Source of the DNA: Malacoraja senta
Lineage: Eukaryota
Reading direction: 5' to 3'
Assembly: GCA_038087875.1 (NCBI GenBank)
Contig: CM075990.1
Coordinates: 10,168,001 to 10,232,000 of the forward strand
Length of the DNA stretch: 64,000 nucleotides
Shown here: in pieces, positions 24,076 to 37,899 of the stretch
How the letters are laid out: every line of letters begins with the position of its first letter
Position numbering within the stretch: position 1 is the stretch's first letter
Notes under the pieces: generated by a model
Seen by the model: only the letters and a program-made list of their open reading frames with translations
Told to the model about the DNA's origin: nothing
The model's database searches: none
Made by a program: the position numbers and the translations under genes

Positions 24076-26465
24076 CTTCAAAATAAATTAAACATTGATA
24101 AATACAAATTTAGAATCAAAATGTTTCACAACATAAAATTTAAGGCATTTGATTATTTTCAAAGACATTTCAGCATCAATGTGACTCTGAATCCATTAGT
24201 TGAATCGAGCAGTGGAAGAGTTAGTACGCAAACATAGAAGCAGAGAAGATGCTCTTTTCCAGACTTGTTTAGTCACCAGCATTTTGTTAAGATGCAGATT
24301 TTAGCTGGTTCCCATCAGCTGGTAGTGAAGTGTGTAAAGCACGCTCAAACCTGGTCAGTTTATTGTTTCAATATGTTCACCAAAAAATAAGAAAAAAGAC
24401 AAACGGAAGCAGCTTGGCAAATTGAACACATCACAGCTGGCAAGAAATGAATATGTTAAATGGTAAATCATTTCTGACAATATTAACTGTTAAAAGATAT
24501 TTTTCCAGTTTGGTGCAAGCGTCAGCACTCAACATCTGGCAACTTAATAGTTTACTGTAGGTGTGAGTAAATTAAAAGCACAGGAGCAAAATATTTTAAA
24601 ATGCTGTTCAACTTCACAAGGATAACTCTACATCATTAGCAATCACAGCACTTTGGAATAGGTCTGGGCCTTTCACCAATGTATGGATTATATTCAAGTA
24701 TGAACCAAGATGTATACAATATGTTTGTACTAAAGCTGAAGTCACAGTCTCAGCTTTCCTAAACCGTGAATGATATTCTATTCCAAACCTCATTACTTCC
24801 CGACTAATTCCCTTGCTTACACTCTGTAGCTGTTTGTTGGAGGTATGTATGCACGCTGGCTGATCAGAGAGCAGCTGAATCATGAGCAAAGTACATTCCC
24901 ACAACTGGCTTCATGTTTCGCTGCTATCTTGAGCCCAAGTGCTGAAGATATACAAACTGTACTCTGTCTTCTGCACAGCAAATCATTCATTATGAAAGCA
25001 GTATTGCATGCAACACTTTAGATTTCTAATCAAACACGTGGCAAAAATAGCAACATTCCCATTGCTTCCTAACACATTCCCAAAGCGCTCCATTGGATTA
25101 GAATCATGGATTCTATGATACAGAACTGAAATGATATGAGAGAACTGCTTGATATCAGATGAGTGTTCTTCATCGCTTTGCTAACACAGAATTTAAAAGC
25201 TCGTGAGTGTTGTTTCCCTGAACTTTGGGAAGGAATAAGTGACATCCCAGCCTACAAACTCTCAGGGTCAGTAGAACACCGAAAGAATTTCAGTGTTCCT
25301 TCATTTTTTATTGAACTCAGATACAAGTTTTAATTTTAACTTAGAATCCATATCATTATGTCTTAGTCTTTTGCTTACTATTACTGATCTATGAGAATAT
25401 TATCACTCCCCACTAATTGCAATCCTTAATCCTTGCCTCACACCTTGCTCAGTTGCAGTGACAGGTTAGAATAATCGATATCTGTCAACCCAAATTTCCA
25501 GGATCACATTTGCAAGTTTGCATTTAAGAAGAGATTGCGCACTTCATAGCAATCCACATAAGTATTATTAGTGATATTTATAGAAAGCTCTCACATGTCA
25601 GTCCAAAGTGCAGATACACAATTCAAGCATTAAAGTTAAGTTTAAGAAAGCCAAAACAGATTTTCCTATCCTCCTTTAAGGTCATCAATAAAACTTTTTT
25701 AAAAAGTTGTGCAACTCATTTTAATTTGCCATGCGTTTATGGCTACAGATATGACAATTGTGGTTGTGCATCATATGTGAAGCGCATTGGGACAGTTCAG
25801 AGAAAAGTGAAAAAACACAATGGGAAAATAACATTGCTTCATTTTCTAGAATAAGTTCAATTTGACAATTTAAACGATTATGTCTAAAAGTACTTGACTG
25901 AATCAGAATTTGTTTTGTTTTCAAATATGCTACTGTGCAGAAAGGTCTCGCATATCCCCATTCTTGGCAGATGTTCCAGAGACCTTACGCACTGTAGAGA
26001 TGTGGCTGCCGTCACTTGCAGCTTCCTGCCTGCAGCTCTGGTTCATCCCTGATATTATTAGGAGCCATCCTTAATTAATTTCAATCAGATAATTTTGACA
26101 AGTTTGCACTCAAGTTCCAAGGGGCTTCACAGGACTGCTACGTAAGGATATTTGCCGCTGAGTTTTTAAGCAGAGGCGCTCAATTGGATATGTTGGAATG
26201 GAATCCAAAATGTATGAGAACAGCTTTAATGTGGCGAGCAAGCTAAGCTCAAGGTAATGTGAAAGTATCAATCAAACCGTGCAACTATAGGATAGGCAGC
26301 ATGTACAACATAAATCAAGGTGAGTCTAAATACATTATCAATTCCTTTCAGAGTGTCCATCCATTCAATCGTACAAATAAATCAAAGAAAGTTGGTTATC
26401 AACAGCAAATTGTTAAATATTACTGAATAAGTGGATTTCCAAAAGTCTCTCAAACGTCAACACAC

Positions 26466-26501
26466 CGGATATCCTGGGAACCCTCTTGCTCCTGGTTGAC
26501 C
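26466..26501 (-). CDS. Collagen exon, 36 nt: GQPGARGFPGYP
   Basis: tttcttttaatttag|GGTCAA...TATCCG|gtgtgt; resembles COL13A1 GQPGTRGFPGFP. Confidence 0.92.
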
Positions 26502-28099
26502 CTAAATTAAAAGAAAACACAATTGGGGGAATTAATTAATCCAAACCATCATGTTTTTTTCTCTCTGATCACTTGCATTCATTAGGTCACAAGCCAGGTA
26601 CAAACTTGGTCTTTTAAATCAATACTAATCATCTTTCTTCACAAGTACGGTTTTCTAAACAATTATCCTCATTAGCAACTGATTTGAATTAAACCATAAG
26701 CCAACACGAGCGGAAATAGTGAGAAGTTGTCCCAGCAAGTCATAGCAGAAGTCCTATTGTGGATAAATGCTGTCAGCGCCATCAGTGCATTCATTATGAG
26801 TGTCCTGTTCAATGTAAATTTATGTTACTTCCCCAATGTCCATGTTTAACTTTGGAAGAACAAAAGGCCAACTATAGAGCCAATTCAAACATTCGAACCT
26901 CCAACATACTGGCAGCAGAGTTGAAGGCTGAGCTTGCACAGTTTTAGCTCCTGGATGAAGTATATTTATTAAGGGAGGGATGAGAACAGGGAGAATAACA
27001 AAGCTGCAAATCGCTTGGAGTCATTACTCCTACCTGTGATCATGATGTGAAATTAGTGCTTCTTATGTTTCTTTGCCACTTGTCTGGCAAACAAACCCAA
27101 GTGCCACAACCTCTTCAAATCAAAGTAAGGTGTCAAGGCCCCTCTGAAACTTTACCTCAGTATCAGTGCAAGCTGGGAATTACAGGCCATCTTGCTGCTT
27201 GCTACCGCATTACAGAAAAGTTCTACCAGCAAAGTGGGCAACCCAAGACTCTGGACTAATGCAACTTTCCCATTCACTCTTGAAAGGGCATTTGGCTGCA
27301 ATGCCGGACTCCCCAAACATGCAGGTGCTAATAGAGGACACTCATGCCCTTTCAGATCTTGAGCATAAAACACACAGTGCTGGAGTAATGGAGTAACTAA
27401 GCAGATCCAGGACATGGATAAATTACATTTTAGGCCGGGGCCCTTCTTCAAACATCTACAGTTCCTTGTGTCTCCCTTTCAGATCTTCCCTGGCATTTTC
27501 GCACAGTAAGCATCCTTTGCACAAGGAAGCTGTTTACTGTGTGCACTGTGTTTTTTTCTGTAGCCTGTGCATGTCCCTCTGTTTTCTGAGAGGACTCTGC
27601 CACCTCCTCCCAGCCACAATCGTGGCATGCACTCGTTCCTTGCCAACACTATCCAGTAGCTGAATGAAAGGGATTGCATTGTGGTGTGACCCTTTAAGTG
27701 CCAGAGCTACTTCCTGAGGTCAGAGCTGTGAGGAAAGGTACTATTAACGGGAGAAACACGACACCTACCTCCAGCTGTTTCTGAAAACGAGTACTGTTAC
27801 ACCAGGGAGCCTGCTGGCATTGTCTTGGAACTGGTGCTTATTAATTTCACAAATTTCTTTTTAGAGTTTATTTCAAAGCAGCATCGGGGAGACTGTTAAT
27901 TTCAGAGAAGCGTGGCAGATGAATTGTTTGGCCTATACTCAGTCCCTCTAACAAGTGGCCATATATGTGCACTCTTAGGCAGTCTGGTTGGCAAACTATT
28001 CTGTGTGGATCTTGTTACTGAATAGATTTGGGAGAGGAGTGGGAGATAATAGTGATGTAGGAAGAAAACTAACACAACCCAGCAGAATCTGACAGGGCC

Positions 28100-28655
28100 C
28101 ATCATGGGCAGCGAGGAGCACATCTGCCTGAGTCAGAAGGTTACATATTTAATTCTCTCTCCAGATGAGTGAGCACCAAAATGTCAATTACTCCAAACTG
28201 TTAATGTTGAACAGGGTTCCAACCATTTGCTCAGGTGGAGAGGAAAGAACGTTAAAGGTGTACTGTTTCAAAGAAGATCAAGAAAGTCAGGATTGGCAGC
28301 CTGTCCAACATCAATTAAATCTCACCAAAGGGATTACTTGGCGACTATCACACTCCTGCTTCTAGGAGCTAGCTGTGATTAAGTAGTAGACAATAGACAC
28401 AAAATGTTGGACTAACTCAGCGGGTTAGGCAGCATCTCTGGAGAGAAGGAATGGGTGACATTTCCTTCTATCAAGATGCTGCCTGTCTTGCTGAGTTACT
28501 CCAACATTTTGTGTCTATCTTCGGTTTAGACCAGCATCTGCAGTTCCTTCCTACACATTAAGTAGGCAATCATAGTTTCCTACAACAGTGACAAAAAGTT
28601 CTTCAATGTAAAATGCCCTGGGAGAAAAGGTGCTATTGAAATGCAAGTCATCTTC
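28100..28655 (+). mobile_element. Ancient DeuSINE/SacSINE1-like SINE interrupted by a Penelope-derived hairpin
   Basis: Recalled motifs ctgagtcagaaggtt, ctcaggtgga, tttcaaagaaga, gtttcctacaacagtgac, aaaggtgctattgaaatgcaagtc; heavily diverged. Confidence 0.55.
28395..28557. mobile_element. Penelope-derived inverted element
   Basis: agacacaaaatgttgga...ccaacattttgtgtct arms; flanks ttaagtag(tag)acaat / ttaagtaggcaat resemble a TSD. Confidence 0.8.
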
Positions 28656-30674
28656 CTCTCCAGGCTGTAACCTGATCTTGTATCGAGTAGAGTTCTAATC
28701 AGAAATAGAAGTGCTGGCTAGCTTCCCCTGCCTTGCCCAGAGCATGAAAGCCAATTGACCCATCCTGTCATCACTCCAGCAGAGCTCAGGCTAACTTAGC
28801 GCCACGGAGAGAAATCAAACCTCAAGCTTGACTGGACAGAAACAGCTGAGCCATCACAGAAGCATGTAGGACTTTATTGTGAAAGGGTTTTAGATGTGAA
28901 ATTGGTGACTGGCAGCGATGTGACATCACGATTAAATCAAGGCAGTTTCCTGGTCATTGCTGTTTCCAGCATTGTATCTTCATCGTAATGAATGAGTGAA
29001 ATTCGATCTTTGTTAAAAAAAAAAGTTACTACAACTTCTCAAATTTCCAACTAATTGAACAGCAATTGGGCTTAATCCTGACTTTAATAAGATAATATAT
29101 GGTTCTAGTCCTACCTGTTCTTTACAGAGACATTAACTGAAGATTAAAGATTCAGAGTGTTTTTCCAATTAAGTTCGTTAATTGAAATGTTATATAACAG
29201 ACACATTTCTCAAATGATTTCAGCAGATGACTGGCTCATGGACTAACAAGTCTCACCACAATATCTAACGTCAATTTAAATCTGTTTCATTTAAAGCTAT
29301 TGAGAAAAAGCAGACCAGTTGTCCTGTTATTTGTTTGTCATTTGTTAAATGCAAAATATGGGAGGGGGTAACTCATTCACAAGCTGTTCCTCATTAGTAA
29401 TGGTTTATCATGCCGTTTTTGATGGCTAACTAAAAAAACAGATGGCTAAACTATGTTGTCACATTGCTGAGGACCTGACTTAAGCTGATGCAAGAGTGAA
29501 AAATACTGTAAATAAATCAATTCTTTATGGTATATTTGAACAGGAAATAACACATCAAAGAAACAAAATACTTTCCTATCGTCTTTAAAAGGACATTGCC
29601 TTTCCTGGCACATTGACATGTCCACTCTTAGCAGTTCCTATATAAGCATGGCCATAGTTGTCAAGGTCTATTGAGTTAAAGGAAATGCAACTGCAGAATA
29701 AATCTAACCAGGCTCTTAACTGAAATATGGAGAAAAAACTTGCGTTTGGCCATAGCTCATATATAAAATTAATTTGATCACAATTTATGATGCTGGGATA
29801 GAGAAGGCAAATAAGAATCATGCCTTCAGCAGTTAATTTAATTGATAGACATCTGAACAATAGTCTCAAATTTGTTCATTTATTGTCTGCATTTTTATTC
29901 AGGACATGGAAAGAGGCCATTCAGCCCATCAAGCCTGCTGCAGCTCCCGGAGTATAAAATTAGATTGGTATAGAATTAGTGTAAACGGGTGCTTGATGCT
30001 GGTACAGATATGTTGAGCAAAGGGGTATGTTTACGAGCTGAATTGCTCCAAGTTTCAGGGGGAACTTGCAATCTCCACACAGGCAGCACTGAAGGTCAGG
30101 ATCATACTTGGCCCCTGGAGCTGAGAGGCAGCAGCTTTAACAGCTGCACAACCATGCTGTTTAATCTTTTCCATATTCAATACTGAACTATTTACATAAG
30201 AGGCTAACATCACTAACTTTAGGAATTTGTAGCACACGTAATTTATCTTCAATACACCTCGATGTGCAGATGTTTGTTGTCATGAAAACGTCAAAGCACC
30301 ATCAATATCTGAATTTACTGAACAAAAATATTGGCAGAATGTACAGTGAAATAATATTTCCTCCTTTACCCCTTCAACAACATACATTTACAGCAAAATG
30401 CATGCAGAGAAAGATCTCAGGGATGTCACAGTAGTATTGACAATCGGTCTGAAGACATACATATATATTAGAATAATTGAGAAAATTGCAAAGAAAGGGA
30501 AAGAGAGAGAGAGAGGGTGTGGGGGGAGGCAGAAGGTTTGAGGAGGGAATTCCAGAGCTGAGGCCCAGAAAAGCTGAAGACACAGCCGCCAACAGTGGAA
30601 CAATAAGAAAAGGAATGCCAATGAGGCCTGAATTGAAGGCATGCGCAGATTCTGGTAACAACTGCCGTCTATAA

Positions 30675-31350
30675 TGTGCCAGATCGTGCAGCATGCAATA
30701 ATGAAGTTTCTGCATCTGCTGGCATGTACCGCAGGCACTCCCAGAATGATGCAGACAAAAATGTCTCACCTTGAGAAGACCAATGATGTTCTTCTGGTGC
30801 TTTGGTGGCTCAAGTTGTATTTGTGTGCCCTGCTGAGGCGGGTGAAATCACTGGTATGAAGAGAGAGGAGTATAGGGTAATCACCCCCCCCCCCTCCCCA
30901 GGAAGCATCCCTCAGGGGAATGTCAGTTGCTGAAGGTGTCCAGACTCCCAGAGGTTGAAGGAATCATGCGAAATTCCAGAAAAGATGGCATTTACAATGA
31001 GGAGGTATTTGCAATCCACAGTCATCTGCACATTGAAGGAGTGGAAACCATTCCTGTCCATAAAATAATTCTGTTTCATAAAGGGGAACCCAAGTAGGCT
31101 CATGAGTACAGCCCAAGGCTGTCTAAACTTCTTGGAAGCCAGCAATGCTGATAGATCCCAGTGGCAAGGTGTCCCTTCGTCCTTGCTGAAATCAAAGTGT
31201 ATGCTCTCATCTATCCATGAAATGCAAAGCCTTGGTGACCTCTCCTGAGCTGCATTGAGCAGCGCTTTGGGAAATGCAACAGAGGTTTGCTGCGGCTACT
31301 GGGAAAGATCCAGTGGCAAGGAAGTTCAGTGTCATCATGACCTTGTCCAT
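30675..31350 (-). pseudogene. Decayed PIF/Harbinger (HARBI1-like DDE) transposase
   Basis: Ordered motifs across frames: KVMMTLNFLATGSF..ISQS..VTKAL; IAGFQEV*TALGCTH; FMDRNGFHSFNVQMTVD..SGISHDSF; KYNLSHQSTR; IGLLKVR; FIIACC. Contains stops, frameshifts and deletions. Confidence 0.85.
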
Positions 31351-33072
31351 GTACATCTATGATGGTACATTTGGAAAACCTAAACCTCCAATCACCACAA
31401 TCACCAACTAAACTTCAAACTACAAACTATTTTGGTTGCACTAGGGATTTCAAACTTTTGCTTTGTTTTGTACCACATTGGGGTTTTTTAATTGAACTTT
31501 TTTGTATGTTTATCATGGTATCTATTGAGCACTGTGCTCTATTGAGTACTGTGCTTACAAACTTGTTGTCCTGCTGCAAATAACATTTAATTGTCCCATT
31601 TTGGTACCTGACAATTAAACACTTTGACTCTTGACTCATGCCAGTAGGGTTCTGCTGAGGTACCCATAGTATGAGAAACGAGCCAGTTAAATGTTGAAAC
31701 TTAGAGTCAAAGTCAGTTTAAAAACACTCTGTGCAAACTTTGGAATGTGTCTGCGCAGCCCGCAGTTAGTTCTGATGTGGCCGATGTCAGCAGATTGTCT
31801 CTTAAACTGGGAAAAAAGTGACAAACTAGCACCAGGTGCTCCTGGTTGAGTTGATGTTGATGCTCTGAAGTTAGCCTTGGAAGAACAGTGACGTAATTCA
31901 CCGCGCATCTGAAGCTGCTAGCGGTCAGGAACATTGGTGCTAATCTCAACCGGGAACACCCAGTCTAACATCATGATTGCCGCAATTTGGTTTTTGCTGC
32001 AATTTCACCTGGAAATGATCACAAATCGATTTACTCCATGTGAAATGAAAATTGCATCACTGAGCACCGTTCTTTGGGAGAGCTGCAAAATCCAATTTTT
32101 AAGTGATTCCTTTCAGCACGGAGACAGTTCCCAGCCAGTGTTAATGTTCAACACAAGCTTTCTCACAACCTTCACCCAACTCATCAACAATTCTCACAAC
32201 TGTTTGTCCTGCTTGCCAGGACTGGAAAATATTATCTTTGATGAACAACAGATACTTTCTTTGAAGCTGTTGGATGAGGGCAGATTTACTTGGTGTGTAA
32301 TATTCTAATAACTGCAGAGAATATCAAAAGGGCCTATTTCCCGGAACAGACAGGTTACCCTCAAGGAGCTACAAGTTTGAGGTAGAACGTCTGGAGGGGA
32401 ACTGAGTAAATGCATTTCGCCCCAAAAATGACGGGTGTGTAGTGCTGGTGGATTGGGTGTTAGGAGCAGAAACTTTCATCACATTTAAAACATACTTGAT
32501 TGAGTACGAGCAAAGATTGTAACCTCCGCAGATGTAATCAAAACCTGGATAACAATTATGCTGGATAGCAATTTTGGCTGGCATATAAATGATGGGCCGA
32601 ATGGCCTTCCAATTATATAAATGTTTCCGACTCCATTGGGTTGTGAGTTCAGCCATGGATAAATAATTTTCAGAATTCTCGTTTTATTATCGATTTGCAG
32701 CGAAATGCTAGACGTTGCTCACGTACATGCCAAGAGGTTCAAGATTTCTCAAACTCGCTAACCGCTGTACAGCAGGAATTCTGCGACTCAGTCCCCAAGA
32801 GATTTTGTGACGAAGCACAAATTACAATTATTACCCAACCAAACCTTGGGAATCTGCTTGTACAATGAGATCCATGTCCAAAAAAGGGCAAAAGGAACTA
32901 AATTGTTGGTATTTTTAGATTATTATTAATTATTTGAGTTGAGGAGAAAGTTTTAAAGTTTTTCACTGTTTTAGAACCATTGAGACACATAACATAGACA
33001 CAGCCCCTTCGGCCCACCGTGTCTATGCTGGCTATCACATACTCATCTAGACTAATCCTATTGTCCAGATTA

Positions 33073-33446
33073 GTGTGCAGGATGGGACTGCAGATGCTGG
33101 CTTAAACCGAAGATAGACACAAAATGCTGGAGTAACTCAGCGGGCCAGGCAGCATCTCTGGAGAGAAGAAATGCGTGATGTTTCGGGTCGAGACCCTTCT
33201 TCAGACTGAAAGTCATGGAAAAGGGAAACGAGAGACATAGACAATGATGTAGAGAGATAAAGAACAAATGAATGGAAGATATGCAAAAAAGTAACAATGA
33301 TAAAGGAAACAGGCCATTGTTAGCTGTTTGCTAGGTGAGAATGAAAAACTGGTGCGACTTGGGTAGAGGAGGGATGGAGAGAGAGGGAATGCAGGGATTA
33401 CTTGAAGTTAGAGAAATCAATATTTGTACCACTGGGTTGTAAGCTG
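33073..33446 (-). mobile_element. Penelope-like element 3' end (GIY-YIG C-terminus + UTR + terminal repeat)
   Basis: Minus strand ends ...SLQPSGTNIDFSNFK*, then a CT-rich UTR, then the terminal module cagtctgaagaagggtctcgacccgaaac...ctgcagtcccatcctgcaca. This copy links the window's common short repeat to Penelope. Confidence 0.85.
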
Positions 33447-34475
33447 TCTGTCCAATGCTTCCAATCAGGGGTCTTTATGAAACTCAGGATGGCAGAGTGA
33501 GGAGATGGAGGCGTTGGGGGCTTTGTGTAGTACCTTGGGAAATCGGTACTTTGGAAGATTGGGATGAAGATTGGAGGGTGGGAAAAGTGGAGAGTGGGGC
33601 TGGGAGGCTTGATGATGATCATGCCTAGGACAACATGATGTAAATACCCAATTATCCACCCACGGGATTGATGCAGACATCATCCCAGCGACTCTTAGTG
33701 TGGAAATGGTACAGTACATGTGTGGATGACTCACCACACCACCCAAAAGCAATCTGGAAATATTTGTCGAGACGGGTCCCTCCACACAAAAACTGTTTTC
33801 AATCACACAACATTTCAACGCCCTTGTTCTTCCTTGACAGAATACTTTGTTTAGACTGAAGGGTAAAAACAAAATGAAGTTTCTAACCAATCCCCTTGGC
33901 ACCAAGGTGCACAGCACTGTAAAGTTGGTATAAATTGTCTAATTCGTGGCACGTTTTTATTCAAGTCAGTTCCTTAAAGAAAGTCATTGACACAAAAAAA
34001 ACAGATTATTGAGACTTCTCTTAATTATTCTTTTTTTTGGGTTGTATTGCTAGTAAGGCAAGCATTTATTCCTGTCCTTAATTGCCCCCTGTGAAGGTGC
34101 TTCTTCTCAAACCACTGCAGCACTTCTGGTGAAGGTACCACAAAGTGCTGTTTGGGAGTTCTACGATTTACATGCAGTGATGAAGGAATGGTGTTAGATG
34201 TCCACGCCTGATGGTGTGCAATGCGATTCTTGCTCATAATTGCTTCATTCCAATAACTTATGTTACCCGAACAAATAAAAATAAATAATACTTAAACTAA
34301 TATAATGCAATGAGAGACCAGTGGCATCTGCTACACCTAGAGAGCAGTGATACAGTTTATATTACTGCTACAGAACATTCAGAACTGCTGGTAGATGCGC
34401 CACTATTTCCTGTTCTGACACACAGTTACTGAACATACAGCGAGCAAGGAATCAGTAAAATACAGAAGGACTCAC

Positions 34476-34526
34476 AGGAGGGCCACGGGGTCCAATGATT
34501 GAGATGCCAGGATCTCCTGGAGCTCC
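34476..34526 (-). CDS. Collagen exon, 51 nt: GAPGDPGISIIGPRGPP
   Basis: cacttctaccacag|GGAGCT...CCTCCT|gtgagt; matches COL13A1 GSPGDAGLSIIGPRGPP, including the helix imperfection. Confidence 0.93.
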
Positions 34527-34764
34527 CTGTGGTAGAAGTGGAAAAGGCAATCAGACAATCAGACCAGGCACCCATAAGTATCCATACAGAGACAGATTAT
34601 GCTTTATTGTAGATCACCTCTCACTTGTGATGACGATCCCCTAATCCAACTTGCAACCAACAGCCGGAATATAGAGACTACCTGACCTAACCAAGATTAG
34701 ATCACTGTGTGTCAAATTTAAAGTTCAAGCATGGTCAACTATAATCACAGATGTAGCATCCAGG

Positions 34765-34910
34765 GTCATAAGGTCATAAGTGACAGGAGCAGAATTAGGC
34801 CATTTGGCCCATCAAGCCTATTCTGCTATTCAATCATGGCTGATCTATCTCTCCTTCCTAACCCCATTCTCCTGCCTTCTCCCCATAACCCCTGACAACC
34901 GTACTAATCA
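34765..34910 (-). mobile_element. CR1 3' UTR fragment
   Basis: gtcataagtgacaggagcagaattaggccatttggcccatc...ttcaatcatggctgatct...ttctccccataacccc. Confidence 0.75.
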
Positions 34911-37899
34911 ATAAGTGTGCATTCAATGTCACATTCACAGTAACAGCCTTCAGCCCTGATTGTCTTTTGGTGAGTTTTACAGAAAATAGATAGATATGAA
35001 ATAATTTTCAATTAAAATGCAAACAGATATGTATCTTTCTTTTGTAATCACATCTATATTCTTCATTCTCCTTTTCACCCACCTTTCCCTGGTTAGTGCA
35101 GCACATTATTATTCTCCCAAGAAAATTATGGCAGAGAAATTACTGTTGGGCAAGCATTATTGTATGCATAGAATTGCATGCTTAGGCACATGAATGCATA
35201 GAATAGTTTGTTACACTGAGTATCATCTTCTTTTGCATTTTTTTTGTGGCCCTGGGGAAGTTACTTTCAATGCCCTGCTATAACACCACTTTGAATCATA
35301 CAGCAATAGGGGGGATCAGTGACATAACTGTGGCAACTCCTTCAGTGAGCGATCGGGGACCAGACCACTGTCATTTGGTCTTTCTGCCTGGGACAGCACA
35401 GTAATAATCGAAGCAACTGATTTGTAGCCAAAACCCAAACCCAGTTTCTCAGGCCCTCCTAGCCTACAGATCCCAGATGTTAGCACTTTTACCATCGTCC
35501 TATGAAACTGAAGAAACTTAACACAGTCCAGCAGTTAGAACTAACAGCTTATTAGTGTAATACTATTAAATACATTCTTATCTTAGTCAAAGGGAGATCT
35601 TGGAAACTAAGATTTGTATTATAGCTCCTGTAAATCCTTAGGAAAACACAACTCATTTTACAAAAACTACAATAGCGGGACTATACATGTAATGCACATT
35701 AAGTGATTTACATTACCGCAAATAATGGCAAATAATGGAGTGATTTGCAGAATCCTAAAAGCAAATTGGCATTTTACTTAATTGTGTAACTGAATTGTGC
35801 AGTCAATATGGAAAAAATATTATTTGTGCTTTAGTACCTCGCTGCTATTTACGTGGCCAAGCATTTTGTCTGGCAGTAAGCTGTGTAAAACCAAACATCC
35901 AATAGAGCTTTATGCATATTTTAGGGTAAAGAATATTTCATGTGTTAAACAAAGTAATCTTGATTTCTAGTTATCAGCAAAGAATGAGACAGGAACATAT
36001 TGCAGAAGCTTAAGGCTGAATGCAGCTGATTGCCGTCAACAGTTTCATTGTGACCATCAGCCTTCTCGACAGCCTGTCTTGGAATTCTCCATTTGATGAA
36101 TCTGACCTCCTACTCTGGTACTGGACACACCATTAGCCCAGCAATGGAGCACAGACCTGCCCAGGAGAGGGACAACATGCATTTGACTTGACCACCAGCC
36201 CTCAGTATTATATCAAGGAAGCTTTGTGCACAAAGAGATGGTGTCACCAATTGTATGGAGAAATGCAAGTAGAGTTATGTGAATGAATTGTTTCATTTTA
36301 ATTATTTATTAGTTTTGCAAGGTGTATTTCGTAAAACTTTTACGTTTTGTTATTTAGATATTTACATTTATTTGAACATTTTGGATCTTTATGAGAAAGT
36401 TAAAAATAGTTCAAAAGTGATGAAAAGGTACATTGTGGGCAGTACCCCAGGTTCAGGTCTGTGGTTTGTTCAATGCTTAGAGCTCGCTTGAGGTCTATGG
36501 ACGAGGAGGGTCACCTCATTCCGCCCAACACATTTGGGCAAATCAAGTCCACATGGGCACAAGGTCGAAGCAGGCAACAGTTCAGGTCAGTTCCTTATGT
36601 TGCTAAGATGGAGTCTGAAAAGGCATGGTGGTTTTAAAGGCATGTGGTCCCTCCTCTGTGAAACAAACATCTGCATTTACAATTAACCAGTGTGTCAATG
36701 CAAGAACAACCTGGCTTTATATTGTTGCTCCATTGTGTAAATTGTGGAATGGGCTAAATGTGGTTATAGAAAGAATGAACATCCCATGATGTTTAAAATG
36801 TATTAGCCTATCTGGACTTGACGACATTGACTAATGACAACATTGGCTTAATCTACATTTTTTCATTGATTTTGGCAGTGGGCAGTAGTTGACATAAACG
36901 GTTGGTAAATGAGTGGATACATATCTTTGGCCACTTCATCATTGTTGTTTGACATGATGGCTGAAAGTGCTTCCAATCACAACAATCATCTTTCATTGAT
37001 TCCTCGTTAGTATTTTTTACTCTGGCTCAATGGAGATAATGTAATTATAAATTACTCAGCCTGTGCAAGGTGCCTGTGTAAGGAATATTTGAGCAACTAA
37101 ACCTCGAAGAGCACTATATTTTGATCATTTAACATGGATTGTTGGGGTCTGCAATCACACTCAATGTGGGTGCAACCCCAGGTCCTTGCTATTTTTCAAC
37201 CATGGGTCAAAGTAAATAGCAAATAAAGTCTACGACTTTATTTTAGAACACAAATCTCATCTAAAGTTCCTTTGAGAAAGGGGAAAAACAAAGTTGTTTT
37301 TAGATATATTTTTATAGTACTTAGAATTCTTGTCTCATATCCAAAGCAGACTTAAATAATGCATAAATTCCTATCGGTTTGCAGTTTACTCAATGAATGG
37401 TGGGTCATCGTGATGCATGTTACTTGACTTGAGAGTAAACCAGGTGCAGCCTTAACTCCTCCAGCTACACTCCCAACTTTAAATTTAGGAACCACATGTA
37501 CAATCAGTCAGATTCAGGGTTACACACACTGTTCACAGAGTTAGTAGATAGTACATTTCTCAAACCTGATAAAAATTTCATAAACTAATGGTAGAAAATG
37601 AATGAGCAGTATTTAAAATAGGTTTAGGTAGCTTGATAAGAAAGGAGAAATGGACCAACTGCTCTTACAGACCATACACTTGAAATATTGTTATATATAT
37701 TAAACATTTACATTTCTTTAATCTAGTTTTCAAGTTGTTGGCAACATCAGCAATGACTAACTTTATCACTTTAAAATATTCTATAAACCTTGTTTGTCAG
37801 GATACTTAAAATAACTGGCATTTGATTTATCCAGAAATTATCCACATCAATCAATGGGGTGGTTAACATGGCAAGAGAATGTACATGAAAGGGAGGATA

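Noticed and set aside
35078-35095. Possible 6-nt microexon cag|GGAAAG|gtgggt on minus
   Set aside because: No pyrimidine tract, and it would break the triplet register.
37420-37500. Minus-strand stretch reading ...GSVAGGVKAAPGLLSSQ|gtaac as a candidate exon
   Set aside because: No phase-0 acceptor for that frame, no Gly-X-Y register and no counterpart that I recognise.
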